In this document: positions 18,548-29,106 of the stretch, in pieces | Layout: each line of letters opens with the position of its first letter | Position numbering within the stretch: position 1 is the first letter of the stretch | DNA from: Myxococcota bacterium | GTDB lineage: Bacteria > Myxococcota_A > UBA796 > UBA2385 | Reading direction: 5' to 3' | DNA: 64,000 nt | NCBI GenBank assembly: GCA_044344255.1 | Contig: JBIJDH010000002.1 | Span: 160,001-224,000, forward strand | Notes under the pieces: generated by a model | What the model was told of the DNA's origin: nothing | The model's database searches: none | Seen by the model: the letters and a program-made list of their open reading frames with translations, nothing else | Translations under genes and position numbers: made by a program

Positions 18548-19312
18548 GTGCCGCAGTCGGACCCAACGGCCATCGCCGTGATCCCGGCGCGATACGGCTC
18601 GCAGCGCCTGCCGGGGAAGGCGCTCGCGGATGTCGCGGGCCGTCCGCTGGTGGTCCGTGTCCTGGAGCGCGCCCGTCGCTGTCGGCGGCTCCACCAGATC
18701 GTCGTCGCGACGGATGACACCCGCATCTTCGAGGCCGTGCGCGCGGCGGGGGGCGAGGCCCGCTGGACCCGCGCCGACCACAGCTCTGGCACCGATCGGG
18801 TGGCCGAGGTGGTCGCATCCTTCCCAGAAGACCGCCTCGTGGTGAACATCCAGGGTGATGAGCCCCTGTTGAACCCCGCCGCTGTGGACGCGCTGATCGA
18901 CGCCTATGAGCCCGACGGGCCCGGCATCCTCACCGCGAGCGCGGCCTTCGAGGGTGACCCCTCCGATGCGTCTCGCGTGAAGGTCGTCACCGACGCGGCC
19001 GGGCGGGCCCTCTACTTCTCTCGCGCCCCGATCCCGGTGGGCGGCCCCTATCGGCTCCATGTCGGCCTCTACGCCTTTCGGGCTGGCACCCTCCGCGCCC
19101 TCGCCGCCCTCCCGGTCGGCGCGTTGGAGCGTTCGGAGCGCCTGGAGCAGCTCCGCTGGTTGGAGGCGGGCTACGCCATCCGGGTGGTGCCGGTCGAGAG
19201 CGGGGGGCCGTCGGTGGACACCGCGGCCGACCTCGAGCGGGTGCGTGCGCTCTTTCTGGCGGCCGAGCTGGCCCCGTCTCCCTTGGCTACCCTCCATCCT
19301 CCTCCGAGGTGA
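18548..19312 (+). CDS. kdsB: 3-deoxy-manno-octulosonate cytidylyltransferase
   Basis: VIPARYGSQRLPGK, VATDD, SGTDR, VNIQGDEP, LYFSRAPIP, LEQLRWL. Confidence 0.95.
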   Translation: MPQSDPTAIAVIPARYGSQRLPGKALADVAGRPLVVRVLERARRCRRLHQIVVATDDTRIFEAVRAAGGEARWTRADHSSGTDRVAEVVASFPEDRLVVNIQGDEPLLNPAAVDALIDAYEPDGPGILTASAAFEGDPSDASRVKVVTDAAGRALYFSRAPIPVGGPYRLHVGLYAFRAGTLRALAALPVGALERSERLEQLRWLEAGYAIRVVPVESGGPSVDTAADLERVRALFLAAELAPSPLATLHPPPR

Positions 19313-19315
19313 CTC

Positions 19316-20943
<1,628 letters not shown>

Positions 20944-20947
<4 letters not shown>

Positions 20948-21585
20948 TCTGGCTGCTGCTCGCGTGCGCGGGCGCGGCGCCGCCGCCCTCCGCGGCGACC
21001 GTGCCCGCTGTGGCGGCTGGGGCGGTCGCAGAGGCGGTGCCGGCCGAGCCCAGGGCCGTCTTCGAGGGGGTGGAGCTGGCGCTGCCCGGGCGCCTCGTGG
21101 CTCAGGCGAGCACCCTCACCGTGGGTCGAAGCGGGGAGGGGGCCGCGGAGGCCGTGGCCGCGGCCGTGCAGACGGCTCCGGCCCGGGGGGAGGAGCCGCC
21201 GCCGCCGCTCAACATCGCCGCGGCCCGCTCCGATTGGGACTTCGCCGCCCGGCGGGTGCGCTTCGAAGGGGAGGTGGTGGCCACGCGTGGTGAGGTCACC
21301 CTCCGCTGCGATCGGCTGCTGGTCACCTTCTCCACCCCTGAGCAGGTCGAGCTGGCCACGGCCTCGGGCCACGTGGTGGTCGAGCGGGGGGCGCGCTCGG
21401 CCCGCGGAGCCCAGGCTGTGCTCGACGCCCGAACCGGGCAGGTGGTGCTCACTGGGGCCCCCGAGCTCTCCGAGGGTAGAAACCGGATGTCGGGAGAGCG
21501 AATCGTCCTCTGGCTCGACGACGAGCGGGTCGAGTGTGAGCGCTGCCAGCTGCGGGTCGACGGTGCCAGCTTCAAGCGCCCCTGA
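20944..21585 (+). CDS. lptA: LptA/OstA-family beta-jellyroll protein with lipobox and extra N-terminal strands
   Basis: LNIAA..., [37 protein letters not shown]; directly upstream of lptB; starts MIWLLLAC. Confidence 0.75.
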
Positions 21586-21592
21586 GCCCGCG

Positions 21593-22324
21593 GTGGAGGG
21601 GGAGGGCCTGCGAGGGCGCGGCCTGCGGCGCGTCCACGGCGGGCGAGCGGTGCTCGCCGGTCTCGACCTCCTCGTGCGGCCGGGGGAGGTGCTCGGCCTC
21701 CTCGGGCCGAACGGCGCTGGCAAGACCACCTGCTTTCGCATCCTGGCCGGCCTCGACGAGGCCGACGCCGGCGCCGTGACCCTCGACGGGCTCCCCCTCG
21801 ACGGGCTCCCCCTCTGGCGGCGGGTGCGGGCCGGCCTCGGCTACCTCGCGCAGGAGCCGTCGGTCTTCCGCGATCTGAGCGTCGAGGACAACCTCCGCGT
21901 CCCCCTCGAGGCGCGGGGAGCGGGTGTGGGTGAGGCCGAAGGGCTGCTCGATCAGCTCGGCCTCCTCCCGCTGCGGCGCGCGCGGGCCGGCACGCTCTCC
22001 GGCGGCGAGCGACGGCGCCTCGAGATCGCGCGCAGCCTCGCCGCCCGGCCCCGGGTGCTGCTGCTCGATGAGCCTTTCGCTGGTGTGGATCCCGTGGCCG
22101 TCGCGGTGCTCCAGCGCCACATCCGGGGCCTGGCCGCCGCTGGCATCGGCGTGCTGCTCACCGATCACGCGGTCCATGAGGCCCTCCACATCTGCGACGC
22201 CGCCATCCTGCTCGACGCGGGGCAGGCGATGGTGCGGGGCAGCCCCGAGGCGGTCGCGGCCGATCCCTTCGCGCGCGCACGCTACCTCGGCCCGGACTTC
22301 CGCCTCCGCCGCTCCGACCGGTGA
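21593..22324 (+). CDS. lptB: LPS export ABC ATPase LptB
   Basis: GLLGPNGAGKTT, GYLAQEPSVFR, LSGGERRRLEIAR, LDEPFAGVDP, LTDH, YLG.DF; lptA-lptB-rpoN context. Confidence 0.93.
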   Translation: MEGEGLRGRGLRRVHGGRAVLAGLDLLVRPGEVLGLLGPNGAGKTTCFRILAGLDEADAGAVTLDGLPLDGLPLWRRVRAGLGYLAQEPSVFRDLSVEDNLRVPLEARGAGVGEAEGLLDQLGLLPLRRARAGTLSGGERRRLEIARSLAARPRVLLLDEPFAGVDPVAVAVLQRHIRGLAAAGIGVLLTDHAVHEALHICDAAILLDAGQAMVRGSPEAVAADPFARARYLGPDFRLRRSDR

Positions 22325-22336
22325 TCTGGTTTTTCC

Positions 22337-22352
22337 TGCAAGCCTCGTGCCA
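22337..22352 (-). promoter_or_regulatory. Inverted consensus sigma54 binding site upstream of rpoN
   Basis: The minus strand reads TGGCACGAGGCTTGCA, an exact fit to TGGCACG-N4-TTGCW. Confidence 0.75.
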
Positions 22353-22376
22353 CGCGTCGAGGGGAAGCGGTATGAT
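22347..22376 (+). promoter_or_regulatory. Putative sigma70-type rpoN promoter
   Basis: -10 TATGAT at 22371-22376; weak -35 GTGCCA at 22347-22352 (18-nt spacer). Confidence 0.45.
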
Positions 22377-22466
22377 CCCAGTGTCCCCTTCAGGCTGTCA
22401 CAGCCCTCGTCTCGACGCGCTCTCGGAACCTCGACGCCTCGAGGTTTGAACGCAGGATCCCGCCTC

Positions 22467-23933
22467 ATGTCCCAGCGCCTCGGCCTCGGTCAGCACCTCA
22501 AGCAGACCCAGAACCTCGTCCTCACCCAGCAGATGCAGCAGGCGATCAAGATCCTGCAGCTCAACCACCTGGAGCTGATCAACGAGATCCAAGAGGAGCT
22601 CTCCCAGAACCCGACCCTCGAAGAGGCGAGCACCAGCCAGACCACCGAGTACGACGAAGGGCAGGCCTCCCTGGAGCGGGGCGCGGCCGCACAAGCGGAG
22701 GACGTGGTCGATCAGAACAACGGCAGCACCGAGGCCCCCGGCGGGGAGCGCGACTGGGGCCAGCTCCTCCAAGAGCAAGGGAGCGCCCCCGGCGACTTCA
22801 AGAACGCCGCTGGGCCGAGCCCCTTCGATGACCTGCCCTCCATCGATCAGACGCTGGCGGCCTCAGAGAGCCTCTCCCAGCACCTCATCGCGCAGATCGG
22901 CACCGTGAGCTGCCGCTCGGAGGTCCGTCAGGCCTGTGTGGCCATCGTGCTCAACCTGGACGGTCGGGGTTGGCTCGAGATGTCCCTGGAAGAGGTGGCG
23001 ACGGAGGCCGAGGTCAGCCTGGAGGACGCCCAGGATGCCCTGGACATTGTCCAGTCCCTCGATCCGATCGGCTGCGGCGCTCGCTCGCTGGTGGAGTGCC
23101 TCTGCGTGCAGGCCGCGCTGCTCTGGCCGGAGGACCCCTCTTTCGCCCGAATCATCACCCACCACCTCTCAGACCTGCAAGCCCGAAACTACCCGTCCAT
23201 CGGCCGGGCCATGGACATGCACCTCGAAGATGTGGTCGAATACCACAAGATGATCCAGACCCTCGAGCCCTGGCCGGGTCGGCCCTACGGCGAGCCCCCC
23301 AACCCCTACATCACGCCGGATGTAGAGGTGGTCAAGATGGGCGGCCGCTGGCAGATCCGCCAAAATGAGGACGGTCTCCCTCGGCTTCGGGTCAGCCCGT
23401 ACTACCGTGGTGTGCTTCAGGACGGGGGCTCCACCCGCGAAGAGAAGAAGTTCATCAAGGAGCGGCTAGAGGCCGCAGAGTTCCTGATCAAGAGCATCTA
23501 CCAGCGGCAGAGCACCATCCAGAAGGTCATGAACGTGATCTTGGAGCGGCAGGAGGGCTTCTTCGATCGAGGCCCCGAGCAGCTTCGACCGATGATCCTG
23601 CGAAATGTGGCCGAAGAGATCGGCGTCCACGAGAGCACGGTCTCCCGGGCCACATCAAACAAGTATGTGCTTACACCGCATGGGATCTTCGAGCTCAAGT
23701 ACTTCTTTGACGCCGCCATCCAACGGACTCACGGGGAAGACCTTGCCGGCGAGGCGGTCCGTGAAAAGCTTAGGAAGCTGATACAAGAGGAGGATAGGAA
23801 GAACCCACTGTCAGACGAAGCGCTCGTTCAACTGCTGACGAAACAAAACGTCAAGATCGCCCGTCGAACGGTCGCAAAGTACCGCGATCAAATGGGAATC
23901 TTGCCGTCGAGTCAGCGGAAGCAGATGTTCTAA
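22467..23933 (+). CDS. rpoN: RNA polymerase sigma-54 factor
   Basis: Q-rich region I (QQMQQAIKILQL), HESTVSRATSNKY, RpoN box ARRTVAKYR. Confidence 0.98.
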   Translation: MSQRLGLGQHLKQTQNLVLTQQMQQAIKILQLNHLELINEIQEELSQNPTLEEASTSQTTEYDEGQASLERGAAAQAEDVVDQNNGSTEAPGGERDWGQLLQEQGSAPGDFKNAAGPSPFDDLPSIDQTLAASESLSQHLIAQIGTVSCRSEVRQACVAIVLNLDGRGWLEMSLEEVATEAEVSLEDAQDALDIVQSLDPIGCGARSLVECLCVQAALLWPEDPSFARIITHHLSDLQARNYPSIGRAMDMHLEDVVEYHKMIQTLEPWPGRPYGEPPNPYITPDVEVVKMGGRWQIRQNEDGLPRLRVSPYYRGVLQDGGSTREEKKFIKERLEAAEFLIKSIYQRQSTIQKVMNVILERQEGFFDRGPEQLRPMILRNVAEEIGVHESTVSRATSNKYVLTPHGIFELKYFFDAAIQRTHGEDLAGEAVREKLRKLIQEEDRKNPLSDEALVQLLTKQNVKIARRTVAKYRDQMGILPSSQRKQMF

Positions 23934-23984
23934 TCGAGGGTCAATCCGGCCCGCCAGCAAGGTAACTACCGAGGGAGTCAAGCG

Positions 23985-24323
23985 ATGAGCCTGGAGATCA
24001 CCTTTCGTCACATGGAACCCAGTGATGCGGTCCGCGAGCGTGCCGAGAAGAAGTTCAAGAAGGTGGCCAAGCACTTGCGTCCCCCGATCGAAGGCCACCT
24101 CGTCGTCAAGGTGGAGAAGCACCGCCACAGCGCCGAGCTCACGGTTTCGGGCGGCGGGGAGCACTTCAGCGCGCACGACGTGACGGAAGACCTCTACGCC
24201 ACGATCGACACCGTGATGGAGAAGGTCGAGCGGGCGGTGCAGCGCGCCAAGGAGCGCCACATCGATCAGGCGCACCACGTCCCCGACCCGCTGCTCGTCG
24301 ACGGCTTCACGTCGTCGAAGTAG
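23985..24323 (+). CDS. hpf: Ribosome hibernation promoting factor (short HPF/RaiA)
   Basis: ITFRHM, DLYATID...KVER; directly downstream of rpoN. Confidence 0.92.
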   Translation: MSLEITFRHMEPSDAVRERAEKKFKKVAKHLRPPIEGHLVVKVEKHRHSAELTVSGGGEHFSAHDVTEDLYATIDTVMEKVERAVQRAKERHIDQAHHVPDPLLVDGFTSSK

Positions 24324-24331
24324 GCGCCACG

Positions 24332-24371
24332 GGCGATCCCGGGCGGGCCGCAGGGCCGCCCGGGGCTCGCC
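24332..24371. terminator. GC-rich hairpin between the convergent hpf and TSP3 genes
   Basis: GGCGA..CCCGGGCG(G)GCC-GCAG-GGCCGCCCGGG..TCGCC; no U-tract. Confidence 0.45.
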
Positions 24372-24383
24372 GAGCCACGGGGC

Positions 24384-25586
24384 TCAGCGGCGGCGGCGGC
24401 TGACCAGGCCGAGCAGGGCGATCAAGACGAGCCCGCTCGCCTCCACCGGCACGGCGGCGCAGCGGCTGCCACCGCCCCGCAGGTAGGGGTTCAGGTCGCA
24501 CTTGTCGCCGATGCCGTCCCCGTCGCGGTCCAGCTGGGAGGGGTTTGGCTCCAGCGGGCAGTTGTCGCAGACGTCGCCGATGCGGTCGCCGTCGGAGTCG
24601 ATCTTGTCGAGCTCCTTTACATTGGGGCACAAGTCGCAGGCGTCGCCGTTGCCGTCGAGGTCGCTGTCCTCTTGGAAGCCGTTCGGCGTCTCGACGCAGT
24701 TGTCGCAGCTGTCGCCGACCAGGTCTTCGTCGGTGTCGATCTGGTCTGGGTCGGCCGCCGTGGGGCAGATGTCGCAGAGGTCGCCGACGCCGTCCTGATC
24801 AGAGTCGGACTGGTCTTCGTTGAAGTCGTAGGGACAGTTGTCGCAGACGTCGCCGAGGCCGTCCCCGTCGAGGTCACCCTGGTCGATGTTGGTGACCTCG
24901 GGGCAGTTGTCACACTCGTCTCCGACCTCATCGGCGTCGATGTCGGCCTGGTCGTCATTCTCGGTGACGGGGCAGTTGTCGCACTGGTCGCCCACGAGGT
25001 CGTAGTCGGTGTCGTCTTGCGAGGGGTTGAATTCCTCGGGACAGTTGTCGCAGGCGTCACCGAGCTCATCTTCGTCGCTGTCGAGCTGGTCTTCGTTGGC
25101 GACGTAGATGCAGTTGTCGCAGTAGTCCCCGAGCGTGTCGTCGTCGTGGTTCTCTTGCTGGTTGTTGGAGACGGTCGGGCAGTTGTCGCAGGGGTCACCG
25201 ACGTCGTCGCAGTCATCGTCCCGCTGATCGGGGTTGTAGTCCTCGGGGCAATTGTCACACTTGAGGATGCCCATGACGTCTGGGTAGGTGGCGTCCTCCG
25301 GATACTGTACGGTGCCGGACGAGAGCCCGTCGCCGTCCCCGTCGTACATCGACACCGGGAACTGACAACCGTACGACCAGTAGTCGTAGTAATAGTCAGC
25401 GTTGGGGTATGGGTTCCCGTCCTCGTCCACCTGCTCGAGGCACTCGGGATCGGTCAGATCGACCGGCCGTTCGTCCACCACGTCGATCGTGTTGCAGTTC
25501 AGATCCTGCTGCAGGTCGTTGTAGCAGGCGTCCTGCGCGAAGGCCGAAGAGCCGAGGAGGAGGCTGAGGAGGGTCAGGATCGTCAT
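24384..25586 (-). CDS. Thrombospondin type-3 repeat surface protein with MYXO-CTERM-like tail
   Basis: Signal peptide; 11 CDxC repeats of about 23 aa (DxDxDxxGDxCDNCP); C-terminus GGGSRC-hydrophobic-RRRR. Confidence 0.92.
   Translation of the reverse strand: MTILTLLSLLLGSSAFAQDACYNDLQQDLNCNTIDVVDERPVDLTDPECLEQVDEDGNPYPNADYYYDYWSYGCQFPVSMYDGDGDGLSSGTVQYPEDATYPDVMGILKCDNCPEDYNPDQRDDDCDDVGDPCDNCPTVSNNQQENHDDDTLGDYCDNCIYVANEDQLDSDEDELGDACDNCPEEFNPSQDDTDYDLVGDQCDNCPVTENDDQADIDADEVGDECDNCPEVTNIDQGDLDGDGLGDVCDNCPYDFNEDQSDSDQDGVGDLCDICPTAADPDQIDTDEDLVGDSCDNCVETPNGFQEDSDLDGNGDACDLCPNVKELDKIDSDGDRIGDVCDNCPLEPNPSQLDRDGDGIGDKCDLNPYLRGGGSRCAAVPVEASGLVLIALLGLVSRRRR
24495..25259 (-). repeat. Coding tandem TSP3 calcium-binding repeats (about 69 bp period)
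   Basis: Recurring gcagttgtcgca-type units on the + strand. Confidence 0.85.
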
Positions 25587-27268
25587 GGGCCGTTCCCTGG
25601 GGGTGGCGCTGCGGGTGTGCCGCCGCTGGGCTGCTTCTCGCTGGGGATCTCGACCGGTTCATCCTCCTCGAGGAAGGCGTTCAGGTCGAGGGGGTCTCCC
25701 GGCTTGGCCTTCGGCTTCTCCTTGGGGGGGAGCGGCGGCGGCGGCGGCGGGTTGATGATGGTGGCGGGGTCGCCGCTCCAGGGGAGACGTACGTTTTCGC
25801 GGAGGGGAGGGGGCGTGTCGCCCATCTCGTACTGCTTGATGATGTCGAACTCGACCCGCCGGTTCGTCGCGAGGCTGGCCTCGTCGCCGCCGCCGATGCT
25901 GGGCACCGTCTCGCCCATGCCGCGGTAGCTGATGCGGTCTGGGTGGACGCCCACGCGGATGAGCTCCTCCCAGACCGCGCGGGCGCGGCGGATGGAGAGG
26001 TCGTAGTTGTAGACGAAGCTGCCCTCTTCGCTGGCGTGCCCCTCGACCACCACGTGGGCGATCTGCCAGTTCTTGTCCATGAGGTCGGCGACGTAGCGGA
26101 GGGTCGGCAGCGAGGCCGGCAGGATCCGTTCGGTGTTGAACTCGAACTGGATGGGGTCGCGGATGACGATCTGCTCGCCCTTGACCTTGGCGAGCTCCTC
26201 CTCTCCCCACTTCTCCTCGACCGGCGGCGGCTCGGGGGGAGGGTTGCGCGGCGGAGGGGCCTCCTCGGGGACCTCGGTGACCACGATGCGCGGCGGCGGC
26301 TCGGCCGGCGGCTTGTGGTGGATCCAGGTCAGGCCCACCATCGCGCGGAGGCCCGTGGTGCCGTAGCCGTCGGCTACGCCCTTCCCGACGCCGGCGTCGA
26401 TGAGCAGGTCTCGGCTCGGCCAGATCTGGAGGCTGGAGGTGAGCTCCGCCGGGTTCTCCGCCCCTGCGAGGCCGATGAAGCCCAGGCCGCCACGGGTGAT
26501 CAGGCCAGCGCCCACCGAGGCCCGCTCGGGCCAGACGTTGTAGCGGACGCCGAGGCCGGTCACGAGCTCGGAGCCGAGGGTGAAGTCGGCCGGGGTCTCG
26601 ACGGGGGGCCGAGCGGTGAAGTTGACGTCGGCCAGGATGTCGAAGAGGCGAATGCGGCCCATCATCAAGGGGCCGGCGATCACGCGGGGCGTGTCCTCTC
26701 CCATCCAGGCCTGCTTGGTGCCGGAAGGGAAGGCGCCGTCGGCGCGGAGCGTCAGCCAGAAGCCCTTGGTCAGGGTGCGCGGGCGCACGAGGCCGAGGCG
26801 GAAGCCTGCGACCACGTCGCCGGCGACGGGCCCGTCGTGGGCGAACTGGTCTACATCGCTGCCCCACTGGAGCGCCACCGGGTACATCACCCGCATCGAG
26901 GCGAACCGCCCGAAGTCCCAAGCGCCGCCGATCTGGAGGGTCTGGCGGTTGCTCACCACCGGGCCGATCTCCTCGGGGTTGCGGTCGCGGAGCTCATAGA
27001 GGATGAGCGGGTCCTTCTCGTACTGGGTGAGCCCGCCGATGCGGAAGGTCCCCCCGTCGATCACCGGGCTGTCAATGCCGGGCAGCGACAGGTAGGACCA
27101 GGTGGGGCGAACGAGCTCGATGTCGGCCGAGGTGCCGGCGGCGCGCGCGTCGGGGGCCCAGCCGAGGAGCCCGAGGGCGCCGAGGGTGCCCCACGCGGCG
27201 AGGCTGCCCCACGCGGCGAGGCGCGGAGGGGTGCGGGAGCTGGATGGGGCGGTCGGGCGGCGGGTCAT
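25583..27268 (-). CDS. Outer-membrane beta-barrel + Pro linker + OmpA peptidoglycan-binding domain (TraB-like architecture)
   Basis: N-terminal barrel-like strands (QYEKDPL..., GDVVAGFR, GLRAMVGLTW); OmpA motifs IQFEFN, VEGHAS, NYDLSIRRA, GMGE, NRRVEF. Confidence 0.88.
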   Translation of the reverse strand: MTRRPTAPSSSRTPPRLAAWGSLAAWGTLGALGLLGWAPDARAAGTSADIELVRPTWSYLSLPGIDSPVIDGGTFRIGGLTQYEKDPLILYELRDRNPEEIGPVVSNRQTLQIGGAWDFGRFASMRVMYPVALQWGSDVDQFAHDGPVAGDVVAGFRLGLVRPRTLTKGFWLTLRADGAFPSGTKQAWMGEDTPRVIAGPLMMGRIRLFDILADVNFTARPPVETPADFTLGSELVTGLGVRYNVWPERASVGAGLITRGGLGFIGLAGAENPAELTSSLQIWPSRDLLIDAGVGKGVADGYGTTGLRAMVGLTWIHHKPPAEPPPRIVVTEVPEEAPPPRNPPPEPPPVEEKWGEEELAKVKGEQIVIRDPIQFEFNTERILPASLPTLRYVADLMDKNWQIAHVVVEGHASEEGSFVYNYDLSIRRARAVWEELIRVGVHPDRISYRGMGETVPSIGGGDEASLATNRRVEFDIIKQYEMGDTPPPLRENVRLPWSGDPATIINPPPPPPLPPKEKPKAKPGDPLDLNAFLEEDEPVEIPSEKQPSGGTPAAPPPGNGP

Positions 27269-28134
27269 CGGCCACCTCCCTGGCCTGAAGAGGCGGGCGG
27301 CGCGGCGGTGGCCGGCGCGGAGGGGGGCTCAGCGGGGGCGGCCCCGGCGGCAGGGGGCGACTCGGCGGCAGGGGGCGACTCGGCGGCGGGCGAGGCGACG
27401 GGGCCGGGCGCCGGCGGGGCCTCGGGGGCCGCGCTCGTGGAGCGCGCCTGTTCGAGGCCGAGATCGACGAAGAGCTGTCGGTTGAAGGCGCCGGAGAGCT
27501 CCTCGGCGGTGCCCTCGTCGTAGTAGTTGTTGGGGATGGCCTGCCGCTCGACGAGGCCGCGGTGTGTCATCGGCGTCGCGCCGAGCACGAAGCCGCCGGT
27601 GGCCGCGATGGCGAGGGTGGTCCAGGTCCGATCGAGGTTTCGGGAAGACTCGCCGGACCGCATCGTGAAGAGGGGCACCGGGCTCAGCGCGAGGAGGCCG
27701 ATGCCGGTCCATCGGAGGACGCGGCCTCGTTTCACGGCGCGATCCCGCTCCTCGGTGATGCGGGCGCTGACCTCGTCATCATGCACCAGCTCGGCGAAGC
27801 GGCGCGCGGTGATGGGGTTGCCGACCCCGTCCAACACGGCCCAGCGCGACTGGTCGAAGCTGCCGGGGACGGGCTTGTGCTCCTCGACGCGGAGCTTCTG
27901 GAGCTGGAAGCGGGCCTCCAGCTCGGCGAGCCGGGGGTCCTCCGCGACCTGAACGGCCGGCGGGGGCAAGGTGACCCGAATCGGGGCCAAATCCTTCGCG
28001 ACGTCCTTCGCGGCGTCGCCTGGGACGTCGGTCGGGGCGTCCTTCGAAGCTTCAATTTGGGTGGTCTCCGGCGTGCTCGCGGGTGGACTCGCCTCTCCCG
28101 CGGCCAGAGCGCCGGACACCAGCAACAACCACAT
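27265..28134 (-). CDS. Exported/membrane hypothetical protein
   Basis: Short signal MWLLLVSGALA, two hydrophobic segments, Pro/Ala tail; stop overlaps the start of the OmpA gene. Confidence 0.7.
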   Translation of the reverse strand: MWLLLVSGALAAGEASPPASTPETTQIEASKDAPTDVPGDAAKDVAKDLAPIRVTLPPPAVQVAEDPRLAELEARFQLQKLRVEEHKPVPGSFDQSRWAVLDGVGNPITARRFAELVHDDEVSARITEERDRAVKRGRVLRWTGIGLLALSPVPLFTMRSGESSRNLDRTWTTLAIAATGGFVLGATPMTHRGLVERQAIPNNYYDEGTAEELSGAFNRQLFVDLGLEQARSTSAAPEAPPAPGPVASPAAESPPAAESPPAAGAAPAEPPSAPATAAPPASSGQGGGR

Positions 28135-28233
28135 CAGCTTCCTCCGGGCGGCGCGACTGCGGACACCGAGGGGCACCCGACCCCGGCCCAGGATAACCAA
28201 CCCGCCCTGGCTTCGCTGGCATGAGGTGCACGC

Positions 28234-29106
28234 ATGTCTGGATTCGCTCCCTCTTCATCGGTCCGCCCCTCGCGGGCGGTGGTTCCAGCATGGGCCGCCC
28301 TGATCGGCCTCTGCAGCCTCTTTGCGCTCGCCTGCTCCGGTGACGGTGGGAAGGCTGGGGGCGACGGCGGGGGCGGTGACGGCTCCTCGACCCCCCCCGA
28401 CGACACCGGCGGCGGCGACGGGACGGACGGCGGCACCGCCCTCGATCCCGTCTGCACCGAGGCCACCGAGCCGGCCTGTGTAGACGCGATGATCCTCGAC
28501 CTCTCGCTCCACGACGACAAGGTGAGCGAGGGAGAGGTGGTCACCACCGCGGACGGCGCCGACTTCCTCACCCTCGTGGACGCCACGGCTGGGGGCTACA
28601 ACGCCTACACCCGCAACGCCTGGACGTACGTGAAGTTCACCCCCGAGGGTGCCGTTCGGGTGGACATCGACGACGAGACGGCCCTCGAGAGCCTGGACTG
28701 GGACCTCTCCCTCCGTCGGTACCTGATCCGCATGAACAGCGGGGTCTCCGGCCCCTCCTGCGTGGGAGCCGCCTCCCTCACAGACGTCGAGTATGAAGAC
28801 GTCACCGAGATCCCCACGGGGGTCACCTACGACGTCGAAGACTTCTACGACGAGGCCTGTGACCTCCGGGGCGACCAATCCGGCCTCCCCGACAGCCCAG
28901 ACGTTCAGCTCGGGGACTGGTGGAAATACAAGGGCCAGTGTGTGGCGACCACCGGTGTGCCCCATCTGATCCAGCTCGCCGACGGGCACATCCTCAAATT
29001 GAGAGTTGAGGCCTACTATGGCTCCGGCCAGGAGGACTGCAACGCGAGCGGCAAGACGGGGGAAGACTCCGCGATGATCTCCCTTCGCTGGCAGATGCTG
29101 AATTGA
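28234..29106 (+). CDS. HmuY-family (heme/metal-scavenging-like) lipoprotein
   Basis: Lipobox LACS; VDATAGG, WTYVKF, WDLSLRRY.IRMNSGVSG, LADGHILKL.V.AYY resemble the HmuY pattern. Confidence 0.7.
   Translation: MSGFAPSSSVRPSRAVVPAWAALIGLCSLFALACSGDGGKAGGDGGGGDGSSTPPDDTGGGDGTDGGTALDPVCTEATEPACVDAMILDLSLHDDKVSEGEVVTTADGADFLTLVDATAGGYNAYTRNAWTYVKFTPEGAVRVDIDDETALESLDWDLSLRRYLIRMNSGVSGPSCVGAASLTDVEYEDVTEIPTGVTYDVEDFYDEACDLRGDQSGLPDSPDVQLGDWWKYKGQCVATTGVPHLIQLADGHILKLRVEAYYGSGQEDCNASGKTGEDSAMISLRWQMLN

Noticed and set aside
22327..22340. Forward sigma54 promoter for rpoN (TGGTTTTTCCTGCA)
   Set aside because: GG-GC spacing is 8, not 10; only the reverse-strand site fits.
24495..25259. Regularly spaced DNA repeats resembling an array
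   Set aside because: Fully explained by coding TSP3 repeats with synonymous variation.
28217..28232. sigma54 promoter or Fur box before the HmuY-like gene
   Set aside because: TGGCATGAGGTGCA has GG-N8-GC spacing, and the nearby GATAAC is only a partial Fur-like half site.
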